Position numbers and translations under genes: made by a program. The notes beneath the pieces were generated by a model. The model did not search any database, was not told where the DNA came from, and saw only the letters and a program-made list of their open reading frames with translations. A stretch of DNA of 64,000 bases, from assembly GCA_963815455.1 (NCBI GenBank), contig CAWFGO010000001.1, positions 896,001 to 960,000 on the forward strand, in the 5' to 3' direction. Positions 10,465-20,219 of this stretch are shown here, one piece after another. This DNA comes from an uncultured Verrucomicrobiae bacterium (GTDB taxonomy: Bacteria > Verrucomicrobiota > Verrucomicrobiia > Chthoniobacterales > UBA10450). Every line of letters begins with the position of its first letter. Within the stretch, counting starts at the first letter, position 1.

Positions 10465-11010
10465 TCAGCTTTGCCAACGATAGGCGCGCGGGTTGGGCAG
10501 GCCGATCTGATCGAGAATGCGCCACACGACCGTATCGACAACATCGACAACCGATTTCGGCCGGCTGTAAAAAGAGGGAATTGCCGGCAGCACAATTGCG
10601 CCCGCTTCGAGCAACGTCACCATGTTGCGGGCGTGAATTAGGTTCCACGGCGTTTCGCGCGGTACGAGAACCAGTTTGCGGCGTTCCTTGAGAAAAACGT
10701 CGGCCGCGCGCAACAGCGCGCTATCGCTCGAGCCGGAGGCGATACGGCCGAGCGTGGCCATCGAGCAGGGCACGATTACCATGGCGTCGAAATAGGCCGA
10801 GCCGCTCACGAATGGAACGTTGAGATCTTTCTCCGGATGCTGCACGACATTCGCGGGGATTTGGAGATGATCGACCTCCTGTTTCGCGACCTGCTGGGCG
10901 TGACCGCTCATCACCAGATGCACTTCATGCGCGCCGCAATCGATTTGTTCGAGCAGGCGTTGAAGATAAATAGTTCCGCTGGCGCCGGTGGCGGCAATGA
11001 CAAGTTTCAT
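10465..11010 (-). CDS. ubiX: Flavin prenyltransferase
   Basis: TGASG, PCSMATL, RAADVFLKERR and PRETP motifs. Confidence 0.95.
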   Translation of the reverse strand: MKLVIAATGASGTIYLQRLLEQIDCGAHEVHLVMSGHAQQVAKQEVDHLQIPANVVQHPEKDLNVPFVSGSAYFDAMVIVPCSMATLGRIASGSSDSALLRAADVFLKERRKLVLVPRETPWNLIHARNMVTLLEAGAIVLPAIPSFYSRPKSVVDVVDTVVWRILDQIGLPNPRAYRWQS

Positions 11011-11067
11011 CGCAAAAGTCTGCCGGCAGTTTGAATTTGATCCCGACCCGGGGCAATAAGATAGATC

Positions 11068-11445
11068 ATGGTCAAGAAGCTCTTACACACCCGCTATCGG
11101 GTAAAGGATTTGGAGAAAACTGTTTCGTTTTACAAGGACGTGCTCGGGCTGAAGGAGGTTGGCCGCCACACATCCGGTCGGGGCTCGCAGCTTGTCTTTC
11201 TAAAAGCGCCCGAAAGTGAAGAGGAGATCGAGCTGTGCAAATTTGATGAAAGCGGGCCGGTCGTGGTCGGTCCCGATCTGACTCATCTCGCGTTCGAGGT
11301 AGACGATCTCGACAAATTCGCCCAGGAAGCGGCGGCCAAGGGTTATCCGCTCTCAGACGGTCCGCACAAAAGCAGCAGTGGCCGGATCGCGTTCATCGAC
11401 GCGCCGGAAGGTTACGAGATCGAGCTGATCGAACGGGCGCGGTAG
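11068..11445 (+). CDS. VOC family protein (lactoylglutathione lyase-like)
   Basis: LLHTRYRV.DLEK..FY, HLAFEVDD and APEGYEIELIE motifs. Confidence 0.88.
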   Translation: MVKKLLHTRYRVKDLEKTVSFYKDVLGLKEVGRHTSGRGSQLVFLKAPESEEEIELCKFDESGPVVVGPDLTHLAFEVDDLDKFAQEAAAKGYPLSDGPHKSSSGRIAFIDAPEGYEIELIERAR

Positions 11446-11514
11446 GACACACCGGAATTCCCGCCCGCCAGTCCCTTGCGCAACGCGCAAATTCGTTTCT
11501 AGTTTTTGCTCCCG

Positions 11515-12498
11515 ATGAAATTCAGCGGCCTCATCATTCCTCACTTCCGCGTGCTGGCGCTCATATTGAGTTTGGCGATGCAGGCCGGAGCGCAAGATGC
11601 GGTCCGGCCCACCGGGATTTCCGAGCCCTCCTCGAAGGAAGGCGCGACGAAGATTACCGCTGCTCGAACCGAATCGACGAAAAAGGAAAGACCGGCTCGG
11701 CGCTCCTCTGCTCACCACGCGCCCAAGCCGCTTGCCGATTCAGAAACGAGCCCGCTGGTCTCTCGCGAAGTGCCTTCGACCGGCGCGAAAGCGATTATGG
11801 TGGTGGATGCTGTCAACGGCCAGGTGCTGTACGAAAAAAACGCCGATGTCATGCGAGCGCCGGCCAGTACTCAGAAATTGCTGACCGCGCTGATCGTCGC
11901 CGAGCGCGGCTTTCTCGATCAGCCGGTAAAAGTCGAAGCCGTCGATACCATGGCAGAGCCGGTGAAGCTGAATATTCGACCGGGTGATGTTTACCAACGC
12001 ATGGATCTCCTTCGAGCGCTGTTAGTGAAAAGCCCGAACGATGTGGCCCGGTGCCTCGCGCGCGATTATGCCGGGAGCATCGAAGCATTCGCCCAAGTCA
12101 TGAACCGACGCGCCCGCGAATTGGGCGCAACCAATTCGCACTTCGTAAACCCGAACGGTCTGCCTGTCCCTGGCCAATATTCCACCGCACGCGATCTTTC
12201 CATCATCGCCCGCACCGCGTATGCCAATCCAACGATCCGTTCAATCGTTCGGATGCCTCAGCTTGTTTTTCGTTATGCCAATGGCCGTACTCGCGAGCTG
12301 ACCAACACGAACAAAGTTCTGCAACGCTCACCTTATTGTAACGGGATGAAGACCGGTTACACCGAAGCCGCCGGTCACTGCCTGATCGCGAGCGGCTCGC
12401 GTCCGGGCCGCGACGTGATCGTCGTGGTGCTGGGCGACAGCAAGGCAGGCGTATGGCGCGACGCGTCGGCACTGCTTTCCTGGGGCCTCTGGATGTAG
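11515..12498 (+). CDS. D-alanyl-D-alanine carboxypeptidase (peptidase S11)
   Basis: PASTQK, SPN and KTGYT motifs; signal peptide. Confidence 0.9.
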   Translation: MKFSGLIIPHFRVLALILSLAMQAGAQDAVRPTGISEPSSKEGATKITAARTESTKKERPARRSSAHHAPKPLADSETSPLVSREVPSTGAKAIMVVDAVNGQVLYEKNADVMRAPASTQKLLTALIVAERGFLDQPVKVEAVDTMAEPVKLNIRPGDVYQRMDLLRALLVKSPNDVARCLARDYAGSIEAFAQVMNRRARELGATNSHFVNPNGLPVPGQYSTARDLSIIARTAYANPTIRSIVRMPQLVFRYANGRTRELTNTNKVLQRSPYCNGMKTGYTEAAGHCLIASGSRPGRDVIVVVLGDSKAGVWRDASALLSWGLWM

Positions 12499-12560
12499 CG
12501 GAAGGTGTTGCTGCGAGAGGGAGGACCAATCCGCTCGCTCTGTCGCGCGCTCCCAGCCCG

Positions 12561-12584
12561 GTAGGGGAAGCTGACAGCTTCCCC
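12561..12584 (+). repeat. GTAG-type REP hairpin
   Basis: GTAG followed by GGGAAGCTG-A-CAGCTTCCC. Confidence 0.65.
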
Positions 12585-12607
12585 GGGGCAGTTCGCCCAC
12601 CCAATAA

Positions 12608-12871
12608 TTACGGCGTGTCCGAAGCGGCCGAGAGACGAAGCAATGGTGTCGGCACCAGCTTCGGATTCCGTTTCGGATCGGACGGAGCATCCGCAGCAAT
12701 ATCGTCAGGTCCCTCTGCGGGCGGAGCGGGCTCTGCACCTGCCGTATTATCAACGGCAGCGTATTTGTTCATCAACCGTTGTTCGAGCGACTGGCGATCG
12801 GCCGTTTTCGTGGTCGAACAAGCGGGAAGCAGGGCGAGACTAAGCAAACAAGCAGCAATTTTGATATTCAT
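12608..12871 (-). CDS. Small putative lipoprotein
   Basis: Signal peptide with LLPAC lipobox. Confidence 0.65.
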   Translation of the reverse strand: MNIKIAACLLSLALLPACSTTKTADRQSLEQRLMNKYAAVDNTAGAEPAPPAEGPDDIAADAPSDPKRNPKLVPTPLLRLSAASDTP

Positions 12872-12983
12872 TCTTCGGGCTCCGTATGTGTGTGTATGCG
12901 AGAGATTTGATCTAGCGTGGGTTTATAATTACCATAATACGATCGAGCAAGGCAAGTACTTTTTTAGGCCTGTTTTCCCAGCT

Positions 12984-13049
12984 GTAGCGGCGGCCTCTGG
13001 CCGTCGCAAATTTCCTCCTGGGAGACCGACGGTCATAGACCGTCGCTAC
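12984..13049. repeat. GTAG...CTAC REP doublet overlapping the mtnP stop codon
   Basis: GTAGCGGCGGCCTCTGGCCGTCGC ... CGACGGTCATAGACCGTCGCTAC. Confidence 0.8.
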
Positions 13050-13924
13050 AGAAACCGCCCTAGGATCGGGGTCAATCTCTCCACCGTCGCCTTCGGCCAA
13101 AGCTTGCGATCGGTGACCAAGGCCGAATCGAGGGCCAAGTGCTCCGGCCAATCGGCCCTCGCCGGTATCCGCGGGATTACATCGACAAGCACCCTCTTTG
13201 CCGTCTCGGCATTGGCCAGCAAATGGCCGACTACCGTCTGTGCCGAGACCGGTTCTTCCTCCCCCTTCCAGCAATCGTAATCGGTCACCATGGCCATCGT
13301 GGCCAGCGCGATCTCTGCTTCCCGGGCCAGCTTAGCCTCCGGCAAATTGGTCATGCCGATCACGTCGAAGCCGTGCCGTCGGTTCAACTCCGATTCCGCC
13401 CGCGTGGAAAACGCCGGCCCGTCCATGTTCACGTAAGTGCCGCCGTTGTGGACCTTCAGACCAAGCCGGCTCGCAGATTCAGCCAGTAAATTTCGCAGCG
13501 CCGCGCTGATCGGCTCAGCGAACGAGATATGTGCGGCGATTCCTTCACCGAAAAATGTATGGGCCGCGCGCGAACTGGTGCGATCGTAAAACTGCGACGG
13601 CAAAACAATATCCCGAGGCGCGTATTTCTCCTGCAAACTGCCCACCGCGGTCACGCAAATGATCCAACGCACATTAAGCGAGCGCAGCGCGTAAATATTG
13701 GCGCGATGATTGAGTTCGTGCGGCAGAATCCGATGACCGCGCCCGTGCCTTGGCAAGAAGTAAACGTTCCGCTCCGCAAAGGTCCCGCCAATCACGACAT
13801 CGGACGGCGCCCCAAACGGAGTGTCGATCTTATGCTCGGTCGCATCATGCAACCCGTCGATTTGATACAGACCACTCCCGCCGATAATCCCGATCGCTCC
13901 GGGTCCTTCTTTCATTCCCGACAT
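13046..13924 (-). CDS. mtnP: S-methyl-5'-thioadenosine phosphorylase
   Basis: GIIGGSGLY, RHGRGH, GP.FSTRAES, GMTN.PEAKLARE and TDYDCW motifs. Confidence 0.95.
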   Translation of the reverse strand: MSGMKEGPGAIGIIGGSGLYQIDGLHDATEHKIDTPFGAPSDVVIGGTFAERNVYFLPRHGRGHRILPHELNHRANIYALRSLNVRWIICVTAVGSLQEKYAPRDIVLPSQFYDRTSSRAAHTFFGEGIAAHISFAEPISAALRNLLAESASRLGLKVHNGGTYVNMDGPAFSTRAESELNRRHGFDVIGMTNLPEAKLAREAEIALATMAMVTDYDCWKGEEEPVSAQTVVGHLLANAETAKRVLVDVIPRIPARADWPEHLALDSALVTDRKLWPKATVERLTPILGRFL

Positions 13925-14008
13925 GTCGGGGTTAAACCCGAAAGATCAACAAGATGGCAAGTGCATAATGGCGAACTGGTCTCGCCCGTGTATTATTTCC
14001 GCCCGGTC

Positions 14009-15399
14009 ATGCCCAAATTTTTCATCAAGACCTACGGCTGCCAGATGAACGAGCGCGACTCGGAACAGGTCGCGCATTCGCTCAAGCGCGGGGCTATGAG
14101 CGGGTCGCGCAGGAAATCGAGGCCGACGTGGTGTTATTGAACACGTGCAGCGTGCGCGACATGGCCGATCAAAAAGCGCTCGGAAAAATGGGGATGCTGG
14201 GACAAATCGCAAAACAACGCCCGGAAGTGGTGTTCGGTTTTCTCGGCTGCATGGCCCAGGCCCGGGGCCAATCGCTGCTGAAAAATTTGCCGCATGTCGA
14301 TCTCGTCGTTGGCACCCAAAAATTTCATCGCGTGGCCGATTACGTGGATGAACTGGTCGCGCGAAAAAACGAGGTTGTAGCTGGGATCGCCGATCCCAGC
14401 CGCCGTCGCATGAACGATCTTCGTTTTTCGATTGTCGATGTTGCCGACGAAGCCGGGTCGCAGGAAACGATTCGTGAACAGCAACTCGCGCCAAAACAGG
14501 CGACCGCGTTCGTTTCGATCATGCAGGGATGCAACATGCATTGCACTTTTTGCATCGTGCCGCAGACGCGCGGCGCGGAGCGCAGCCGCTCGATTGGCGA
14601 GATCGTCCGCGAAGTACGCGATCTCGTCTCCCGCGGCGTGAAGGAAGTCACTCTGCTCGGGCAGATCGTGAATTTATACGGCCGGCACGAATTTCCGAAG
14701 ATCGACAACAAATCGCCCTTTGTTCAGTTGCTCGAGGCCGTGCACGCCGTCGACGGGCTCGAACGCCTCCGTTTTACCTCGCCGCACCCGATCGGATTTC
14801 GTGACGATCTGATCGGCGCGCTGGCCACGCTGCCAAAACTGGCCGAGCACGTTCATTTGCCGTTGCAATCCGGATCGAACAAGATCCTGAAGGCGATGCA
14901 CCGCACTTACACCGCGGAGAAATATGTCGATCTTGTCCGGCGACTCCGGACGGCGCGTGAGGAAATCGCGATTACCACGGATATCATCGTCGGATTTCCG
15001 GGCGAAACGGACGACGATTACAAACAGACGCGCGATCTGGTGGAAGAAATACAATTCGATAATGCATTCATCTTTCGCTACTCGCCCCGGCGCGATACGC
15101 CGGCTGCGGAAATGGCGACCCAGATCGACGAAAAGATCAAGGCAGAGCGCAACCAGGACTTGCTCCAAATCGTGAACGAGTCCAACCACCGCAGTCTCGA
15201 GCGGTTGGTCGGCCGAAATGCGGAAGTAATTTGCGAAGGGCCGAGCAGAACGAATCCGGCCCGCCTGATGGGCCGCACCCGCACCAACAAGATCGTCGTG
15301 TTCGAGGGCGGCGACGAGTTGGTGGGCGAGCTTGTCGATCTTCGGATCGAGCGGGCCAACGGATTCAGCTTGTATGGCACGCCTCTTTCGCGAACCTAG
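14009..15399 (+). CDS. miaB: tRNA-i6A37 methylthiotransferase MiaB, with a 1-nt frameshift near 14085
   Basis: MPKFFIKTYGCQMN in one frame; NTCSVR, GCNMHCTFC and TRAM domain in the next. Confidence 0.92.
14377..14400 (+). repeat. GTAG-type REP hairpin inside miaB
   Basis: GTAGCTGGGATC-GCC-GATCCCAGC, encoding VAGIADPS. Confidence 0.7.
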
Positions 15400-15414
15400 C
15401 TCGCTGGAAACAAT

Positions 15415-15963
15415 ATGATTTACCATTTCTCTTTGCACGCTGTCGGCACCATCGCGGGGTTCTTCCTCGTGGCGATGAGTTTGCCCGGCTTGATGAAACC
15501 GGATCTCGCCGTCGTCGCCCAGCGGTTCCCGCGATCGCGCTTGTCGGGCGTTGTCTTGCTTACAATCGATCTGGCCTGGAGCCTCTGGCTCGTCGCGACG
15601 ATGGAGATGGGGGAATTCTCCAGTTTCCGAAAACCATTGCTGATTATTTTGCCGGTCGGTTACATCCTCGTTCTGCGTTTTGTGGACGAATTTCTGTCGG
15701 TGCGGGCCCTTGGGGTTCTTTGTTTGCTCGTCGCGGAACCGCTGCTCGATGCCGCTTTTCTCCGGCACGAGTCGAGCCGCTTGCTCGTCACCGTTTTCGC
15801 CTACGTGCTTATCGTCGCCGGTCTCTTCTGGGCGGCAGTGCCCTACGTGCTGCGCGATCAGATTAATTGGAGCGCGCGCAGCGCATTTCGCTGGCGATTC
15901 CTCCACGGCATCGCGCTGGTCTATGGCGCGGCGATTCTTGCGTTCGCGTTCACGCGGTACTAA
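15415..15963 (+). CDS. Conserved-looking membrane protein
   Basis: Several hydrophobic segments; in an operon with miaB. Confidence 0.75.
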   Translation: MIYHFSLHAVGTIAGFFLVAMSLPGLMKPDLAVVAQRFPRSRLSGVVLLTIDLAWSLWLVATMEMGEFSSFRKPLLIILPVGYILVLRFVDEFLSVRALGVLCLLVAEPLLDAAFLRHESSRLLVTVFAYVLIVAGLFWAAVPYVLRDQINWSARSAFRWRFLHGIALVYGAAILAFAFTRY

Positions 15964-15966
15964 GCG

Positions 15967-16905
15967 TTGAAGCGCATCCTCGTCATCCGCGGCGGCGCGA
16001 TTGGCGATTTTATTCTCACCCTGCCCGCTCTCGAGGCGCTTCGTAACGCGTATCCTCATGCGCGCATCGAAATTCTCGGCTACAAACACATCGCAGCCCT
16101 CGCCGAGAACCGGTTCTACGCGCAAGCGGTCCGCTCCATTGAATACGGACCCCTTTCATCGTTCTTCGCGAAGAATTCCAAACCGCGTGTTGAGCTGGCA
16201 GATTATTTCGCGAGCTTCGATTTGATCGTCAGCTATTTCTATGATCCCGACCGGATTTTCGAGAGCAATCTCCGCCAGTGCGGCGTGGAAAATCTGGTTT
16301 GCGGTCCAGCCAGACTCAATGACGAGAAACACGCCGCGCGGCAACTCGTTCGCCCAATGGAAGAACTTGGGCTATCGGTCCGCGCGCTCGCGCCGAAGTT
16401 GTATCCGTCCGTGGAGGATCGACAATTGGCGAAGGAGTTCCTGGCCGCGCTGCCATCACCTGTTGTCGCCATTCACCCGGGAAGCGGCAGTGAGAAAAAG
16501 AATTGGCCGGTCGAAAACTGGATTTCCCTTATGGAGTGCGGCGACATGTCGCCGCTTTTCCTAATTGTCTCCGGCGAAGCCGACGAGCCGCAACGCGCGC
16601 GTCTAGAAGACCAATGGAAAGATCGACATGTGCGCTTCGCGAAAAACTTGCCGTTGCCTCAACTCGCCGCCGTACTTGAGAATGCAATTTTCATCGGACA
16701 CGATAGTGGAATCTCGCATCTGGCAGCGGCGGCGGGTGCGCGCTGCATCTTGCTCTTTGGTCCGACCGATCCGGCGGTTTGGGCGCCGTTGAATAAGAAC
16801 GTCAAAATCCTGCGCGCGCCGAGCGGCGACCTGCGACAGCTGGATGTCGATCTTGTGCGCGACGAAGTCGCTCAGGCACTGATGCGCATCGGCATCAGCA
16901 CGTAG
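15967..16905 (+). CDS. Glycosyltransferase family 9 (heptosyltransferase-like)
   Basis: GAIGD, HPGSG..KKNWP, GHDSGISHLAAA and LFGPT motifs. Confidence 0.9.
   Translation: MKRILVIRGGAIGDFILTLPALEALRNAYPHARIEILGYKHIAALAENRFYAQAVRSIEYGPLSSFFAKNSKPRVELADYFASFDLIVSYFYDPDRIFESNLRQCGVENLVCGPARLNDEKHAARQLVRPMEELGLSVRALAPKLYPSVEDRQLAKEFLAALPSPVVAIHPGSGSEKKNWPVENWISLMECGDMSPLFLIVSGEADEPQRARLEDQWKDRHVRFAKNLPLPQLAAVLENAIFIGHDSGISHLAAAAGARCILLFGPTDPAVWAPLNKNVKILRAPSGDLRQLDVDLVRDEVAQALMRIGIST
16531..16558 (+). repeat. GGAG-type palindrome inside the GT9 gene
   Basis: ATGGAGT-GCGGCGACATGTCGCCGC-TTT, encoding MECGDMSPL. Confidence 0.6.
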
Positions 16906-17969
16906 AGAAACGGCGTGTGAATCTTCAATACGCCGGGACTCATTTCATCGATGAGATCGAGGAAGACTTCGTCCTCGGTGAGATTGCGCAAGGGCGCCAT
17001 GAAAAATTCCGGATTAAAAGCGATGGAAAAATCGCGCCCTTTGTACTGCACGGCCAACGATTCCTTCGCTTCGCCGACCTCCGGCGTGTTCGCGGTGATC
17101 TCGATGTTGTTCTTGCTGAAGTTGAGCTTGATCGAATTCGACTTGTCGCTGGCCAGCAGGGAAACGCGCCGCAACGAATTTAGGAAGGTCTCCCGCTCCA
17201 GGGTGACGCGCTCTTTCGTTTCGGCCGGAATCACCTGCTTGTAATTGGGATAATTGCCTTCGATCAATTTTGAAACCAGCAGCGTCTTGTTCAGATCGAA
17301 CGCGACCTGGCCGCCGGCCACGCTCATTTTCACATCGCCCTCGTCGGTGAGCAGCCGCTGCAGCTCGGTGACCGCTTTGGTTGGCACGATCAGCTCCGCC
17401 TCGTGACTGCGCGGAAATTCCAATTCGATATCGACCATGGCCAGCCGCCGGCCATCGGTCGCAACCAAAGTGAGCTTGTTGTCCTTAAGACTGAACAAGA
17501 CGCCGTTGAGCACGTAGCGGGTCTCGTCGGTCGAGATGGCATACGAAGTCTTGCGCAGCCCGTCCCGCAAATCTTTCTGCCGCATGGTAACGACTTTCGC
17601 GTTCTCAAATTTCGGCAACGGCGGAAATTCCTCCTCCGGCAAACCGAGGATTTTAAAGAAGCTCTGGCCGCTTCGAATGGAGGCCGTATTTTTTCCATCG
17701 ACATCGATCTGGATTTCACTCGAGGGCAATTCGCGGACGATGTTGAAAAGGCGGCGGGCGGGAAGCGTCGTGGCGCCGGCTTTTTCCACCTGGGCTTCGC
17801 AACTGCCTCGCACTCCCACGTCGAGATCGGTCGTGGTAAGATGAATTTCACCGTCCTTCGCCTGCAACAATACATTCGAGAGAATCGGGAGAGTCGTCCG
17901 CGTGCTGACGACGTTTTGGACCTGTTGCAGGCCTTCGAGTAATTTTTCTTTAGTGATGCTGACTTTCAT
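16872..17969 (-). CDS. dnaN: DNA polymerase III beta clamp
   Basis: TLPILSN, ATDGRRL and VLMPMR motifs; follows dnaA. Confidence 0.97.
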   Translation of the reverse strand: MKVSITKEKLLEGLQQVQNVVSTRTTLPILSNVLLQAKDGEIHLTTTDLDVGVRGSCEAQVEKAGATTLPARRLFNIVRELPSSEIQIDVDGKNTASIRSGQSFFKILGLPEEEFPPLPKFENAKVVTMRQKDLRDGLRKTSYAISTDETRYVLNGVLFSLKDNKLTLVATDGRRLAMVDIELEFPRSHEAELIVPTKAVTELQRLLTDEGDVKMSVAGGQVAFDLNKTLLVSKLIEGNYPNYKQVIPAETKERVTLERETFLNSLRRVSLLASDKSNSIKLNFSKNNIEITANTPEVGEAKESLAVQYKGRDFSIAFNPEFFMAPLRNLTEDEVFLDLIDEMSPGVLKIHTPFLYVLMPMRISA

Positions 17970-18080
17970 GAGGCTAAATGGAGCGCCTAAGATGTAAGGC
18001 TTCCGATTTTATTCGGCAACCGTAAAGTCACCTGAAGTCGCGGTGAGTTCAATGAGCGTACGAAAACAGCGATAATTTGA

Positions 18081-18140
18081 GGGATTCCTCCCGCCTTCGC
18101 CTAAGGCTACGGCGCGGCATGCGACTTCGCTCGGAATGAC
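18081..18140. repeat. Family A half element with nested family C element (about 18091-18122)
   Basis: GGGATTCCTC[CCGCCTTCGCCTAAGGCTACGGCGCGGCATGC]GACTTCGCTCGGAATGAC. Confidence 0.8.
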
Positions 18141-18149
18141 AAAATGGGA

Positions 18150-19505
18150 TCACCGGTGAAGCGAACTGTCGATGAATGAGATTGTCTGGCGAATCTTGTC
18201 CTGCTCGCTCATCCGTTTCTTCACCAGCTTGCAGGCGTGCAGCACGGTGCCGTGGTCGCGTCCGCCAAAAGCCTCGCCGATTTCATTGAGCGATGCCTTG
18301 GTCAGGACCCGGGCCAGATACATCGCCACCTGTCGGGGAAAAGCGATGTTGGCCGGCCGTCGCTTGCTGGTCATGTCGGCCAGACGCACATCGAAATGTT
18401 CCGCCACCTTTCGCTGAATTTGCTCGATGGTGATCGATTGCCGCCCCTCCTCCTGCAAAATGTCTTTCAGCAAATGTTCGACGACTTCCTGGGTAAGCTC
18501 CTTGCCGCTGAGGGAAGCGAACGATGCCACCCGCATCAGCGCACCCTCGAGGCGGCGCACATTGGTCTTGATCCGGCTGGCCAGAAACTCGAACACTTGA
18601 TCACTTAGCTTGATTTGCAGGATCAAGGCTTTCTTGCGCAAGATCGCCATGCGCGTTTCCTCGTCGGGCGGTTGAAGCTCGGCGGTCAATCCCCACTCGA
18701 AACGAGAAACCAACCGGTGCTCAAGATTGGCAATTTCCGAAGCGGGCCGGTCGCTGGAGAGCACGATCTGCTTATGCCCATCGAACAGCGTGTTGAACGT
18801 GTGAAAAAATTCCTCCTGCGAGCGCTCCTTGCCGGCCATGAACTGGATGTCGTCGATTAAGAGGAGGTCCGCCTGGCGATAACGTTTCCGGAACTTGGCC
18901 AGATTGCTGTGCTGAATTGCATCGATGAATTCGTTGATGAATAGCTCGCTGGAAACGTAAATCACCTTGGTGTTTCTCTTTTTTGTCCACACATGCTGGC
19001 CGATCGCCTGCATCAAATGCGTCTTGCCGAGTCCGACCCCGCCATAAATGAAGAGCGGATTGTAGGTCCGGGCCGGTGTTTGGGCCACGGCCAGTGAAGC
19101 CGAGTGCGCGTATTCATTGTTCGGGCCGACGACAAACGTTTCGAACGTGTTGCGTGGATTGAGACCGAGGCTACCGCCGCTGTTTCGGCTTTCGCGCGGC
19201 TTCGGCATTTCTTCCAACGCGATTGCCTCCTCCGCGACGACTTTCCCTTCCGATCCCGGCGGCAGCGCGAACTTCACGTCGCGGGGCGCGCCAAACGCAA
19301 TCACGATAGCCGCCTGGAGCGCCGCCAGGTGATTACTCTCGATCCAAAATTGATAAATGTTATTAGGGACGCGGAACGTGACCGCTTCATCGTTGAAATC
19401 AATTAGTTCCACGGCCGAAAACCAGCGCTTAAACGTATCCGCGCTCACGTGGGGTTTCAGCGCGGCGGCCAACTTTTGCCACAGCTCGTTATATTTCTCT
19501 TTCAT
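18150..19505 (-). CDS. dnaA: Chromosomal replication initiator DnaA
   Basis: YNPLFIYGGVGLGKTHL, DDIQF and GGRDHGTV motifs. Confidence 0.98.
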   Translation of the reverse strand: MKEKYNELWQKLAAALKPHVSADTFKRWFSAVELIDFNDEAVTFRVPNNIYQFWIESNHLAALQAAIVIAFGAPRDVKFALPPGSEGKVVAEEAIALEEMPKPRESRNSGGSLGLNPRNTFETFVVGPNNEYAHSASLAVAQTPARTYNPLFIYGGVGLGKTHLMQAIGQHVWTKKRNTKVIYVSSELFINEFIDAIQHSNLAKFRKRYRQADLLLIDDIQFMAGKERSQEEFFHTFNTLFDGHKQIVLSSDRPASEIANLEHRLVSRFEWGLTAELQPPDEETRMAILRKKALILQIKLSDQVFEFLASRIKTNVRRLEGALMRVASFASLSGKELTQEVVEHLLKDILQEEGRQSITIEQIQRKVAEHFDVRLADMTSKRRPANIAFPRQVAMYLARVLTKASLNEIGEAFGGRDHGTVLHACKLVKKRMSEQDKIRQTISFIDSSLHR

Positions 19506-20200
19506 CCGAAGTTGTTAACAGCGTTACACAACTGCCATAAAGGCCCCGGCAGAGGGAAATTGACCGGCAAAACATTCCTGACGCTTCGCAAACCCGAAGT
19601 TCGTTTGGCCGGAGAGGCGGCGGGAACAATTACGAAAATGCCGAAATACGAGGGAAAATTCCGAGGCTGGCGTCCCGAGAAACCATCGATTTTAACACGA
19701 TCGGCGCTGGGAGTGGTGCTTTGGGGTGGGTAGATCACTGGTTGGGTCATTCTAGCTGAGAAGGATTTACAAAAAGCTGTTCACATCTTATTCACATCGG
19801 CATCCATTCCCCCTGCCAGCGGGCTTGAGATTAGAAATCCGAACGAAGATCGACAAGCACAAATCTAAAATTTATTTTTTGGCGCGCTTCAAAAAAATCT
19901 TGACTGAAAAATCAAAACAGCATTGTCCCGGAAGCGCAAAATCCTGCCTAACACGGGAGATTATGATTGATAGGCGCGGCTGCGCCACAACATTCCTCAA
20001 TAGATCCGATCGCCCCGAATACTGCGCTTGGCGGCCGACGAGAGGCAGATACCATAACGTTCACGGAGGTGTGGATTTGACCGAATCCGCGCAGTCGCGC
20101 ACTTTCTTGCCCTTGCCGCACGGACCTTGCTGGCTTGAAGGCCAAAAAATGAACCCGGACGAAATAAAGTTGTCAGATTGGCCAGGAGAGCGCGTAGTGT
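19506..20200. other. Putative oriC / dnaA promoter region
   Basis: About 700 bp noncoding; DnaA-box-like CTGTTCACA (19777-19785) and TTATTCACA (19788-19796); AT-rich tract near 19855-19920. Confidence 0.6.
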
Positions 20201-20219
20201 CGTGCCCATCTCGTTAGTC

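Noticed and set aside
19900..20200. Possible ncRNA or small ORF upstream of dnaA
   Set aside because: No recognisable RNA family structure, and the ORFs lack coding signals.
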